A stretch of 64,000 nucleotides of DNA, from the NCBI GenBank assembly GCA_905178155.1, contig CAJINV010000018.1:910609-974608 (forward strand). Reading direction: 5' to 3'. A program made the translations under genes and the position numbers. Positions 12,443 to 23,760 of the stretch are shown in pieces. Origin of the DNA: Amoebophrya sp. A120 (taxonomy: Eukaryota > Protista > Dinoflagellata). Within the stretch, counting starts at the first letter, position 1. Each line of letters starts with the position of its first letter. The notes beneath the pieces were generated by a model. The model made no database searches. It was given only the letters and a program-made list of their open reading frames with translations, and was not told the origin of the DNA.

Positions 12443-15190
12443 CTACAAAGGGTCAAAATTCAGTTTGTCACCTGCTCGTGGAGGTTGTTCTTGTTGTTGA
12501 TAGCCAACTCCTCGTTCGACAGGAGCATCATTGTCCGGCGTGTACTCGACGTGCTGTTGGGATGGGGATGTTCCGCACTTATTACCGCAGAACAACGAGG
12601 ACAAGGACCATCTTCCAGGTACCAGTGAGGACGAGGACCTTCTTGGTGCCTTTTGCACCACCAGTTCCTCGTAGCCAGTATCTGGGTCTTTTTTTCCTGT
12701 TTCGACCAACACGTCCTCGAAACTATCTTCCGACGTGGTCGACGACTCCCGAGTGGGAGGGGGCTATCCTGTGCAAAAGTATCGTACTCGTATAAATGCA
12801 AGTCTTGCATTACAAATCATTCTCTTAAGGCAAGCCTGCATTACAAATGCTATTTCTCATGCTGAGGAAATTTGTATTGCATTTATACGAGTACGATACT
12901 TTTGCAATTCATAGGGGCTGACTAGTATCAATTTCCAACATGGCTGTTGCTCCAGTTTCGGTTGCGATCACCCCCGGAACCGGCGCTACCGGTGCTGTGG
13001 AGGTCCCAATATCATTGCCGTTCGCCCCTTCCGCACTCGTTGAACAATGCGTATGCGCCTCCACCACGCTCGTTCTCTATGAGAGTGCACGACTCCCAGT
13101 TCATTCCCCTCATTTGGAGGGCCCGAGCAGCAGCAACACAACCGACAAGGACAACGCAACAGAAATGAACCCTTCGCATGACGAATTCGAAAACGGATTC
13201 ATTGTAGTACTGTAAATCCGGATAAACAAACAATCCGAAAGGCAAGCCAGCGCAAGCTGTGGATTTGGTAAATTAATTCCGTAACAAATAAGGGGGAATG
13301 GAAGTTCTGCACTGTCATACTCTCCCGTCCCCGTTTAAATCCGCGTTCGCAGCACAGTCGTCTTCCGTTTGATCCAGAAACCCGTCTCCGTTCCTGTCGC
13401 GCGACTCGAAATTCGCTAGCAAGCCGGATTCGTGCATCTGCTGGAAAGCGGTCCAGTTCCCCGTCTCGGCGTACGACTTCAGGCCCTGATTCACCGCGTA
13501 GGGGGATAGACCGTCGCGCGCAAGCTGATCGTTCAGGACTGCTCCCTGTCGCTGAGAAGTTTGTGATAGATTTAGATTTGCATTGATGCGAAGGCAATTG
13601 AATCTTAATAAATTGTGCTTTCTTCGCTTCAGCATCAGTTGTGTGTGTCTTTATGCATGAGCATGACAAAAGACTCAACATGTAGCATGTCTGTAAAAAG
13701 CTCAAGTAGAACGACAAACAGAAAACAATTTTTACTTGCAAGTGTCTCGCTGCCTCCTGGTTCTGCATCAAAAGCTCCATCTTGCTAGCAACATCGTCCG
13801 CTACCGTTCCTGGTGCGGTTTCGTCATTTGTTCCACTAATCGCGGTGATGGTGTTTATTTCCGTACTAGTTGATGCAGCACTTGTCCTCTCGTCTTCCGT
13901 TGAATTGTTGTAACCACCGTAAATCGCGCCACTGGTTTTCCGCTCGAAGAACGACTGCTGGTCTTCGCCAGTTGCTCTGGGTGAAGAAGACGGGGAGGAC
14001 GACGACGAGGACGATTTTCTGTAAGAACTCCTGCCACCTTGATATCATGTATTGAAGATTTTGTTCTACAGCTACCTTGAATGACGTTCATATTGCAAGT
14101 GCTGCGCGTGCGCTCGAAACAAGTCTACAACTTTGTTCCCCATGATCATGGTCAGAGTCGGGCAGAATCGAACTGAAATGCTAATGCACACCGTAGACAT
14201 CAAAAAAAAACAGTTTTACCGGAATATGTTGAGGAGGAGCTTGCACCACTGCGTGGTGATGTGCGTCTCGGTGTCTGGCTACTTGTACGCCCGAGTGCCG
14301 CGGAGCCTAAGTAGTGAGTGATCAGGGTTTAGGGTAACTACGTTCTTCTTCTTAATCTCATTTTCTTCCGCACTTTGTACTTGCACAACTGCTGGAAACA
14401 CAAACATACATACGGCATCGGTTCGCTGCATCAATCTAGGAATGATGGCTGGTGTAGTTCTTCTGTGTGAGTACTCCTGCTAATGTAGAAAATAGAATCA
14501 TCCATTTTCACTCCCCGTAAGTACCTGACGCCAATGCTTCTTCCTCTACCGTGTCCGTGGTCTCCGCATCCTCATCCAAAATGACGGCTTGCTTCTATGC
14601 AAGAAAAAAACTGTGTAAGTGTAAATCTGTGATGCAGAACATGCAACAGAGTTACACCTGTCATGCAAGACAGCCATGCAGTCCTCTTTTCATGTTTGTT
14701 TTCCCTTACAAACCACGCCTGACAGGTTCTCTCTGTCATGTAGAGAAAATTTGTGATGCTGTCAGCCAAAGAGCGTTACACTAACACAGCTTTTTTCTTG
14801 GATAGCTTCTTCCCACTATTCATTCTCGACCCGCGCGCCTCCAGGTCTGCCTGTTGCACCGCCGCGACTGTGTTCATCGCTGCGTCGAAGACCATGGGAG
14901 AGAACGATATCGTGCGGCCCAGATTGGCGAAATTGTTGCGGCTCTTGGTCCGGTTGGAGCCGCGACGGGAGCCCCGCGACGGGAGCCCCGCGAGGACCGC
15001 GCGGCCTTCTTGTCGTAGGCATGCATTTTTCAATCCTTCTTGATTTTCACGTCGTTCCTGTCCCTCGTCCGCTAAAACTTTTTTCTGTGCCTCGTTGAGT
15101 GATCGGAGGAAAGAAAAAACACCTGAAGGAAAGCACTACTGAAGCAACACGCTCGAAAATCTTCTTCTCCGATGGCTTCTCGTTTTTTGT
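12443..15190 (-). CDS. Hypothetical multi-exon protein with EF-hand-like loops (model uncertain; may be two genes)
   Basis: Frame is restored across introners 12765-12913 (DTSQPPPTRESS) and 14596-14804 (GKKQAVILDED). Likely GT-AG intron at about 13553-13735. DRNGDGFLDQTE and DLNGDGR at about 13320-13400. 5' end not defined. Confidence 0.4.
12765..12913. mobile_element. Introner, family B
   Basis: TIR; DR ggggc. Confidence 0.92.
14596..14804. mobile_element. Introner, family L
   Basis: tatgcaagaaaaaaactgtgtaagtgtaa...ttacactaacacagcttttttcttggata; DR gcttc. Confidence 0.9.
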
Positions 15191-15749
15191 AATGCTAGTG
15201 ATGTTTGACGAGTTTTATTGGCAACAATTGGTCACAAGTAATGCAATACGATTTAGAGCATCAACCACAAAAGACGAACTGCCTCTCAAGTGTTTGGTTT
15301 GATGCACTCTGTGTTAATATTGATGTTTGCTTGCGATACCGACCACGTTTGCAGTGATTTAGAAGTACAATCATGATTGCACCGATTGATCCTTACCGAT
15401 CACAATTGTTCCTACCTTCCCACGACCACGACTCCGACACATAATTCAAATAGGTAGCAGAGACGCTGAGTGTTCTTGATGGCTTTTTTTCGTGAGTACA
15501 CAACTAAACGAATTTCGAGGATTTTCGTGCGTACGACAAGCAGCTGGACCCTGTTCTGCCAGCGAGAGCCTGGAACCCGAGAAATCGGCCGAACACAAGA
15601 CGAGTCTTTTGTCGCTGATCCTGAAGCAGAACTACGTCAATCAAGATCAACTTTGATGAAGCGTCGCAAACGCCACAGCTAATTTTTTCTTTACTTTTCT
15701 TTTGCGTAAATCTTTCATTTTCGTTGAATCATGAGAAAGTGAATCATGG

Positions 15750-18700
15750 CTAGCGGAAAATGAAGCTATATCCGTGAATCAATGTTCTCAAAAGCTCCTG
15801 CAGGTATGCCAAACAGAGGTACTTCTTCAGTACATACTTTTTACACTCAGCATGAAGATGAAGATTTTTTTGATCTTGTGTCCCACAGAGATGTGGCGGA
15901 CGGAACAAGTCACTTTTTTGTTCGCATTGTCATACAAAAACGACGTGTCACAGTGAGTGTAAAAATCGTAATTATAGATACACAATCCTCTGTTTGGCAT
16001 ACATTTTCCAAAAACTGTATGTGCGCGGCGCGCCCGACGAAGGTGTCCAAAGTCCGGTCCGGAAACGCGAAACTCACGTCGGCGCGGTAGAAATTGGGTT
16101 TTTTATTTGCAGAATTTGTATTGCATGGAGCAGTACAACTTATCCTGCCTTTCACAGAAGTCTCCTTCATCTCCGGTACTAGCGTTGTTGTACTCGCCTG
16201 CTGCTCTACTCCGAAAATCCTTCGTGCCATTTCCGCAACAAGCGCCCCATCGGACGACGAAGATCGTCCTCCCGTACTTTTTGTTCCTCCCGTATGAACA
16301 TGATCTTCATCATCTTCGCGCCCGACCTGGACCCGGGCAGATTCGTAGGGCGCGTAGGTGTCTTGAAAACTGGAAACGAACAGCACATGGGTAAACACGT
16401 GGAGGGGGTTGGTAGGTGGAAGTTGGGAATTGTGCTTGGTATCTTTATCGCCGTCGGCGCTTTCCATTCCGCAACGAGGAGGTTCTCCGCAAAGCCGGAA
16501 CAGGTAGCAGTCTTCGTAATTATTGCCACTCGTGCCGTCCTCCATAGAGAGTTTTTGTATGATCTGCAAAACTTTACTACTTACGCAAAAAATGGAACCC
16601 GCAGCCTTGCGAGCACTGTGAATGTCAATGTCCTACTCCTAGTCCTCAAGTCGCTAGCATTAGTTTCAGCATGAGAAAAAGCGTTTTTTTCCTTCAATAG
16701 ACAAGCAAGTTTTCCAGCCAATTCGCCTATATGAAATGAGATAACGGAGCTCCACTTTCGCGCATACAATTTTAGCGACTACGCTCCGTAGCTTGCAAGC
16801 ACTTGCAGTTTCCCCGCATTTGCTGAAGCAGCCAGAGCCCCGTTTTAATCAAATTTGTCGCCTTCACCTGCCGGGAAATGCCGAGATGCGGGGTGGAGAG
16901 CGAAATGTAAGAGTGAAAGGTGTAGAAAGGATGCTGGGGCGTGCCTGCGTACTGTTGCTCTCCTGCTTCCGAGGTCGGGTTTTTCGCTCTTGCCATCAGG
17001 TGGGGCAGGGCCGCGCGGATGATTAGGCCTCCGAGACTGTGACCGATAAATGAAAGGCGGGGTCTGTAGTAGTGGTGACTGTAATCGTTCCTCGTCAACA
17101 TGCCGCGGGTCGTGTTGATTCCGTTGCTCGACGCCACGTCGGCATTGTTCGGTAGAATAAACTCCTCAATGTAGTCTTGCACTTCCTGGGCCAACCTCAC
17201 ACCCATGGTCTCGATTGAGTCCACACAGTCTCCTCTGCAAAAGTACTTATCTTCGCACGCAGTCGTTCAAGTATACGTACCCATCTTGCATGACGGAATC
17301 ACGCTCTTATCTGAAACTGTGTGACGGATTTGGGATTTTCTCCTATACAAAGATTTGTATTTGTCTTGCAACATCGACATACATGGACCAGCAGTACGAA
17401 GATACTACTTCTTTTGCAAGGCATACCAACATGCGGCTCTCGTTGCAGGAGGAGAGAAGAAACACCGCCTCTGGGAAAGAGAGACTAAGCAGGTTTTTGA
17501 TGCACCGCATGTCGTAGTGGTTCCCCTGGAATCCGTGCACGAGCACGAACAGGTGCAGCTGCAGATACCGGCTTTCTACTATCGTTGCATTTTCCTTTAT
17601 TCCGGAATCATTTTTATCATAAGGCAAAGATGATGTCGACTGGATGAAACAGCTTCTCTTTTTCGGCGCACAGGGCAGCAAGTCTTCTCTCTCCAATACC
17701 GAAGCTCGTTTCAGAGACAAGCCCTGCAGCTGCTGGAAGGTCATATGCATTGCAAAAATGTCTGGGTCTGGAAGATGGCAACTTGTGATGCTGCCTATGG
17801 ATTACACGTAAAATCTGTATTGCATGAACCGCAAAAGAGATCCACTATTTCCTACGCGGAGTGGGCATTTCTCATGCAGTATGGGCATCAGAAAGCCGTG
17901 ACAAAATCTGTGATGCTAGGGCATGCACCACAGACATCATGGGTCATGCAAAATGTGCATGACAAACGGCGCACCCTTCCAGACCCAGACATTTTTGCAT
18001 TTGATAGGTCATTTTCTCGTACAAAAAAGTCACCATGGGGGGATAGGACTTGGCGAACGAATATCCTGTGTAAGAACATCCCCACATCATAGTTGTCATG
18101 CAACTCTGCATGCTCAAAATGTTTCTTATGCGGAGCCCCATGAGAAGCATTTTCTAATGCGGTTTGGAAATCTGTAATGCGCCAATCAGAATGAGATACG
18201 AGATCTGTAATGCTGCTTAGCTGCTCAAACAGCACTACACTACGCGTCCAAATTTGTCATGCGAAACAGCCAAAGCTTATGGATTTGTCTAGCGGATTTC
18301 CCATCTTGACTCTGGTGTGGGGACATTTTTACTCAGGATAACGAAGGTGGCCAGTAGTGCTCGTAGTTCTGTCGGCGCATAAGAGCGGCTGCAGGAGCGG
18401 CCCCGTGAAGATTTTCGACGCTCCTCTTGAAACCATGATTTTTGTTCGCAACCACAGTAGGACCACCCTCTCCTGCGAGTAGTAGATCCCGACTCGAATC
18501 TATCGCAAGAAAAAAGTGTTACAGTTACGCATTGTGTTGCAAGAGCGGCAACACAGACAACCTTTCTCATGCAGGAAATGCTTCGGAGCCTCGTTTCCTT
18601 CCTGTTTTCCCTTATGATCTTCGCATTACAAGTTTTCTCTGCCAGGCAGAGAAAATTTGTGATGCGGAAACTCCAACAAGTGTGTAACTGTAACACTTTT

Positions 18701-21700
18701 TTCTCATGATAGAATCCTCCTCTGTGTCCGAAGCGCTCCAGATGGGTGTGGTGTTTGCCGTGCCCGTCGTTTGTTCAACCACGTTCATCAATAAATCGAT
18801 GCTCGCACTGTCCTTGCGACCAAGAAAAGCCTTCCCATCGATCCGATTTTGCATCGTCACGACGTCTGCGGGTGGGGCGAGCTGTCGTGGCTTCGACATC
18901 ATAGTTGCTTCCGTGATGTACAGATCAGCCTCGTCCTCGTCCCCTTGATTATTTGCATTTGGATGCGATGAGATTTTCGCTCCCGCACTGGCGTCGCTGT
19001 TCGATGTCCACATTCCGCCCTTTTCTGCAGCACTCGTAGTAGTTCCTGTAGCAGTAGTCGTGCTCTTTGTCTTTGCGCGTTGGCTGTAAAAACCGTGGTA
19101 AAGCTGGTGCTCATGGCTTGTTGCGTCAAAAATTCCCAGCTCGTCCTCCTCCTGTTCCTCGTCCGAAGACAGCACAGGCTGTGCAGCAAAAATCGCAGAT
19201 GGCGCCGCTCTTTTGTTTTGGAGCTGGTGCTCCTTCGCAGCAGTAGCTGAAGTACATTCTGATTGAGAAACAAGATCGCTCCTCGTCCCTGTACTATTGT
19301 GCTGTTCGTACTGAAATTCCAGCAAATCCTTGACCGTTTTTTCCGACAAAACTTCCTCGAAAAATACCACGGGCTCGTAGTCCGGCGGACTTTTCCTTTT
19401 TTTTCCCGGCGAAAACGCGGTGGTGACGTTATCATCAAGGTACCCTCCGCCGGCATAAGTTGCGGACCCGGACAAAGGACTTGCTGTCGCTGCAGGTGCT
19501 TCATTGACCGCAAGGCCAGAACCTGGTTTAATAGGGCCAAGAACTGCAGTCCGGTGCTCGTCGATGGGAAGAGAAATCGGCTGAAGTATTCTCGAGGAGG
19601 AAGCGCGGGAGTCAACTGTCCTAGCCGATCCCGCTAATGTATTCTTCGCGTTTGTTCCTCCGCTTAGTTCTTCATCTTCATCGGTTTCGTCTATTACACC
19701 ATCTGCTTGCTTCAATGATGTCGTAGCTCCAGTTGCAGCAGCTGTTCCATTTCCCCCTTCAACTGCAGAATTGTCACCCGCATGATTCTGCTCGTAGTTC
19801 CTTTGCATTTCAGCGGAAGAACGAGCCACACCTGGTTCATCTACTGCGTTAACGTTATCTCTTCCATCCAACGCCATTTTTACACCAGCTTTATTCGCAG
19901 CTGCCGCACGTCTTCTCCTCCTGCGCATCATTCTCAGCCTCTCCGCTTTCGCTTCGTGCAAGTTCCCCACGGCAGTGGCGTCGAGAAAAATAGAAGACGT
20001 TGTGAGAATCCGGGACTCGAACAAATTTTGTGCCGCTGTGCCGATGGTGGTAGTCTTATCGCGGCTCTTTGCAAGCGCAGAAGCAAAGAGACTACTTTGC
20101 TGTGGTCCACCTCCTCCTGGCGCGATATTATATGATGACGAACCTTGTACTTGTAGTTTCGTCGTACTTCGTGCACGATCCTGCAAGAAATACACCTCGC
20201 GGCAGCTCTCCTTCCGCGCCCTCCGCCGCATCTTTTCCTCGTACGCAATCCTCGCCCGCATGGAAAGCTTCGCCGCATAAATGTGGTCGGCGGTCAGACC
20301 ATGTTGCAGGAAGTCGTCCTGCCAAGCGGCGGCAAGGTTTTCCGCGTTCGCTTGCAGGTCGAGCAGGAGGCTCAGCTTGGTTCCTGTGAGCAGGGATGAA
20401 TCTTCGCTAGTAGCGGTCGTGGGGGACGAAGATTGGGATAATTGCTGCGCAGCTGTTTCTCTCGAAGTGCAACTGGTTTGTCCACCGTCGGCGGAAGCAC
20501 AAGCTTCTCTTGGTGCAGAGCTGCCAAAAAGCTCACCGACCGGTCGCAGCGACGCTGCATTGTTGAAGCAAGCAAATTCTTGGAGGAACCGTTTGTACGA
20601 CGCCTTCATGCGCTTTTCGAAAATTTCCTCTCGGAATACGGTGCAAAGAACGCGACTCGCGTTTGTGAAATCCAAATCAGGTGTGGAAAAATTCGGTCTT
20701 GTTGCGTTTGCGAATTCTCGGCCTGGATATTCTGCTCCTACTTTATGGCGCAACGCACTTGCCCATTGCTCGAAGACATCCCTTACCGTCAAGGGAAAGT
20801 AGGATGTCGGCGAAGATGCGGATTCTATATGATCGGAGTAGTTGCAGCACCTCTCGTTTTCCAAATCGCCCTCGTCTTCCCGAAACACCACCTCGAGAAC
20901 AGGAGACCAGTACACGCAGACGGCCATAGTGCAACAGTGCGCGTCGTCGAACTGAATCGGTAGGTATTCCGATAGCCTGCTATTTTTACCGTCGACGACG
21001 CGAGAAGATAAAGAGTCGGGCGCCACCAACACCGCCGTCGCGCAACTGACGCAGCGGAAGTGCAGTTTGTTTTTCACAAAATCCCGCGTGGCGGGGAAAT
21101 CGTTGCCCAACATCTGCACAAAGCTCTCCACTCCCCCACAGACGGACAAATCCGCATAATAAAGGGACGCGGTCAGGTGGAAGGAGGGATTTATTTTTGA
21201 TACAGATTGATGTCGAGGGATGATCGTGCTGTCTTTTGTTGTCCCTCCCGAAGCTGCTGCTGCAGGGGCGGGATGAAGCGCATAGTTTCGGTCTCGTTTT
21301 GCAGGTCCTGCCCTGTCGCACGTGCCAGAAGCAGCTTCTGAAGTCGGCTCTGTAAAAATACCTCCACAACTGCCGTCGAACAACAGCTTCTCAAAAAAGC
21401 CGAACACCCCGATTTCGCCGAGGTCGATTTCCTCTTCGCAGTAGCGGAGCAGGAACGTCTGCGTTCTGAACTCGGAGTCTGAGAGAACCTCCGCGGGCAG
21501 GATGATTTCGTCGAAAGCCGGGCGAGAAGTTGTAGAGGAGGACGCCGATGTGGAAGCTGACGAAGGCGGCGCGGACGAGTCCTTGGGAGCAAAAAATCCT
21601 CCGCCAGTACTAGCACCCGCGGCGCAATGCTTTCCAACCAGGTAGGGAGGCGCTCCTGACATGGTGACCTGCGATTTTGAAGATCCACTGCCGGCAGCAC

Positions 21701-22031
21701 TTCTGTAGGTACTAGTACGACCCGCTTGTGCTTGTCCAGGTGCTGATGCGCCGGAGGTGGAATGTGGTCCCGTGTGGTTATTTTGGTCGTCACTTCCAAC
21801 CTCTTCCCGAACAGCATCCTCATCGTCACAAGCGACGACCTTGAACGAGACAAAATACAAACCCTGCTGAAACAAATCGATGTTCCGAAACGCATTCACC
21901 TGCACGGCCACCTCCCGGTACTGTTTCAGCGTTTTCACCTGCTCGCAGAGAAAGGTTTGCGCGCGGCGGTACAGGAGCGCGGGGTCGCTAGTCGTGTGCG
22001 TGTCCTTTATTTTGCCAGAAAAAGTCGCCAT
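15750..22031 (-). CDS. FAM135/DUF676 alpha/beta-hydrolase (lipase-like) protein, paralogue 1
   Basis: N-terminal FRNIDLFQQGLY and FLLRYCEEEIDL; C-terminal LFVLVHGFQGNHYD, LSFIGHSLGGLIIR, SFQDTYAPYESAR, GRAAHIQFLEN; stop at 15750; six introner-type introns. Confidence 0.85.
15805..16001. mobile_element. Old introner with perfect 15-bp TIR, also bounded by GT-AG
   Basis: tatgccaaacagagg / cctctgtttggcata; DR lost. Confidence 0.75.
16558..16790. mobile_element. Degenerate introner-like intron
   Basis: Left end tatgatctgcaaaa; removal joins CKCLQ|KLSMED; right end eroded. Confidence 0.6.
17226..17425. mobile_element. Degenerate introner-like intron (family B-like)
   Basis: tgcaaaagta / cttttgcaaggcata; removal joins SCNESRML|DSIETMG. 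Confidence 0.6.
17744..18006. mobile_element. Introner, family A
   Basis: TIR; DR ggtca. Confidence 0.93.
18062..18340. mobile_element. Introner, family C
   Basis: TIR; DR acgaa. Confidence 0.93.
18501..18711. mobile_element. Introner, family D
   Basis: tatcgcaagaaaaaagtgttacagttac...gtaactgtaacacttttttctcatgata; DR gaatc. Confidence 0.93.
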
Positions 22032-23760
22032 TGTTTGCGGGTAGTCGTGGTGTTGGAAAGCAACTCAATTATCGCTGGGGGAGGCTGCTGTGATATTGTC
22101 GGCCTTGTGCTGTCTACCCCTGCACGTTACATTAAGGAGCTTCTGGCACCGCCACAGCGGGCTGAAGGAGATTTTTTAAATACCAAGTGAAATCTACTAA
22201 ACAACTCTTCGGTGGCAGTGTCTTATGTACATAAGTACGTGAAGGATCATCTTTGTTGTCTGCGTCTGGAGCGAGACACTATGATAAACTGCAGCTTACT
22301 TCCCAAGGCCGACTGGTCTTCAAGACCATCTATCGAGCCTACAGGTGATGCTCGTAATTTTCATAGTACCTGAAGGCCATCGTACTTGACTCATACAACG
22401 AACTTAGTACTCAACATAGTCCGCATCTTGCCTTCACTACCTCCATTACAGTCATGCTCAGGTTCTGCTTCTGCAGCTGTGATCTTCCAGCTAGAGGTTT
22501 CTAAAGCCAAAAGGTAAACTGGCCCACGACAAAGGCCAAGGCGGCGGCTGGATCAGAAATCATGTAAAAGACTTCATGAACAAAACAAGACAGAAACTCA
22601 TCACCGACCGCCGTCGAGACGAAAAAATTGCAAAAGCATCTTCTGGCTTTATTCACACTACACGACCGAATCTGCGCTTGTGATGGAGTTGGAGATGATG
22701 TGTTGAACAGGACACATACGAAACGCAGGAAGAGGGTTCGAAGCCGTATCGGAGATCGAGGAGAACTACAGGGAACACGATTCCTGGTGTCTGTGCGTTT
22801 ACGATTCATATTCATAATACGAACCTATATCTTTCGAAAGGAAATGTTTCTTTAGCCTGATATGAAAAAAAGAACATTTTGCGGAAGCAAGGAATTCATG
22901 TGAATGAGTTTCACGATATAAAAAGGTTGAATGAGAATACTTTATCATCCGATATAAAATGAGGACATCTGATGGGACCACAGTCACTTCTTGCCAGCAT
23001 ATTTGTGGCTGTGGGCTTCTTGAGTCAGACGGAAAAAGATTCTCGCCGATCATGACTTGGACTGCAATTGTAGTTGCTCTCATCGTGTGCTGCCAGCGAA
23101 TGGTCTTGCGACAAACTGCTGCAGTCCGGGAAGCACGACGTAGCGTCGATCGTCACACGCGGGAGAGTTCCAGCCTTACGACCACCTGCGTTTGTTTTTT
23201 TTCAGAAGACGAACTCGGGCAAACCAAAGAGCGAGCACGAAGTACATTAAACAACGCCAGAAGAACGAAGGCCGCGAACAAAGCAGGTGTTGGTATGATA
23301 GTCTACGCACTGTTCATGAATGAAAACGAAACTACTCGAAAGACATTCAGAACGAAACTATCATCGTTTTTTTAATACCCGAAAATCCGAACGAATAATT
23401 TTTTTTATTACCCGAAAATCCGACAGAAATCTTCGTGATAGAAGCGGCTGCGAAGATTGTCATCCCGAGTTGACGAACGCTTCTGATACTTACCTGATTT
23501 TCATTTTTCGAGCGATGTTGTAAAGTGAAGATCGAGCGTGCAACGGCTCCACAATTATACTTAAATGCAGTTATTCGAAGAAACACACCGTTTCTTGGGG
23601 TTCCGCTGGAGGATGAAGATCATATGGATAATGAAAAACATAGAACGAATGAATAAAAAACAATCCAGAACTCGGTAATCCTAATCTATCAATTTCTTAC
23701 AGTGCCATAGCCCCTCGTTGTCATCGATCCAGCAAACGTCCTGAAGATCCTGTTTTCTCT

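Noticed and set aside
14324-14336. agggtttaggg, a telomere-like sequence
   Set aside because: Fewer than two full units; compatible with chance.
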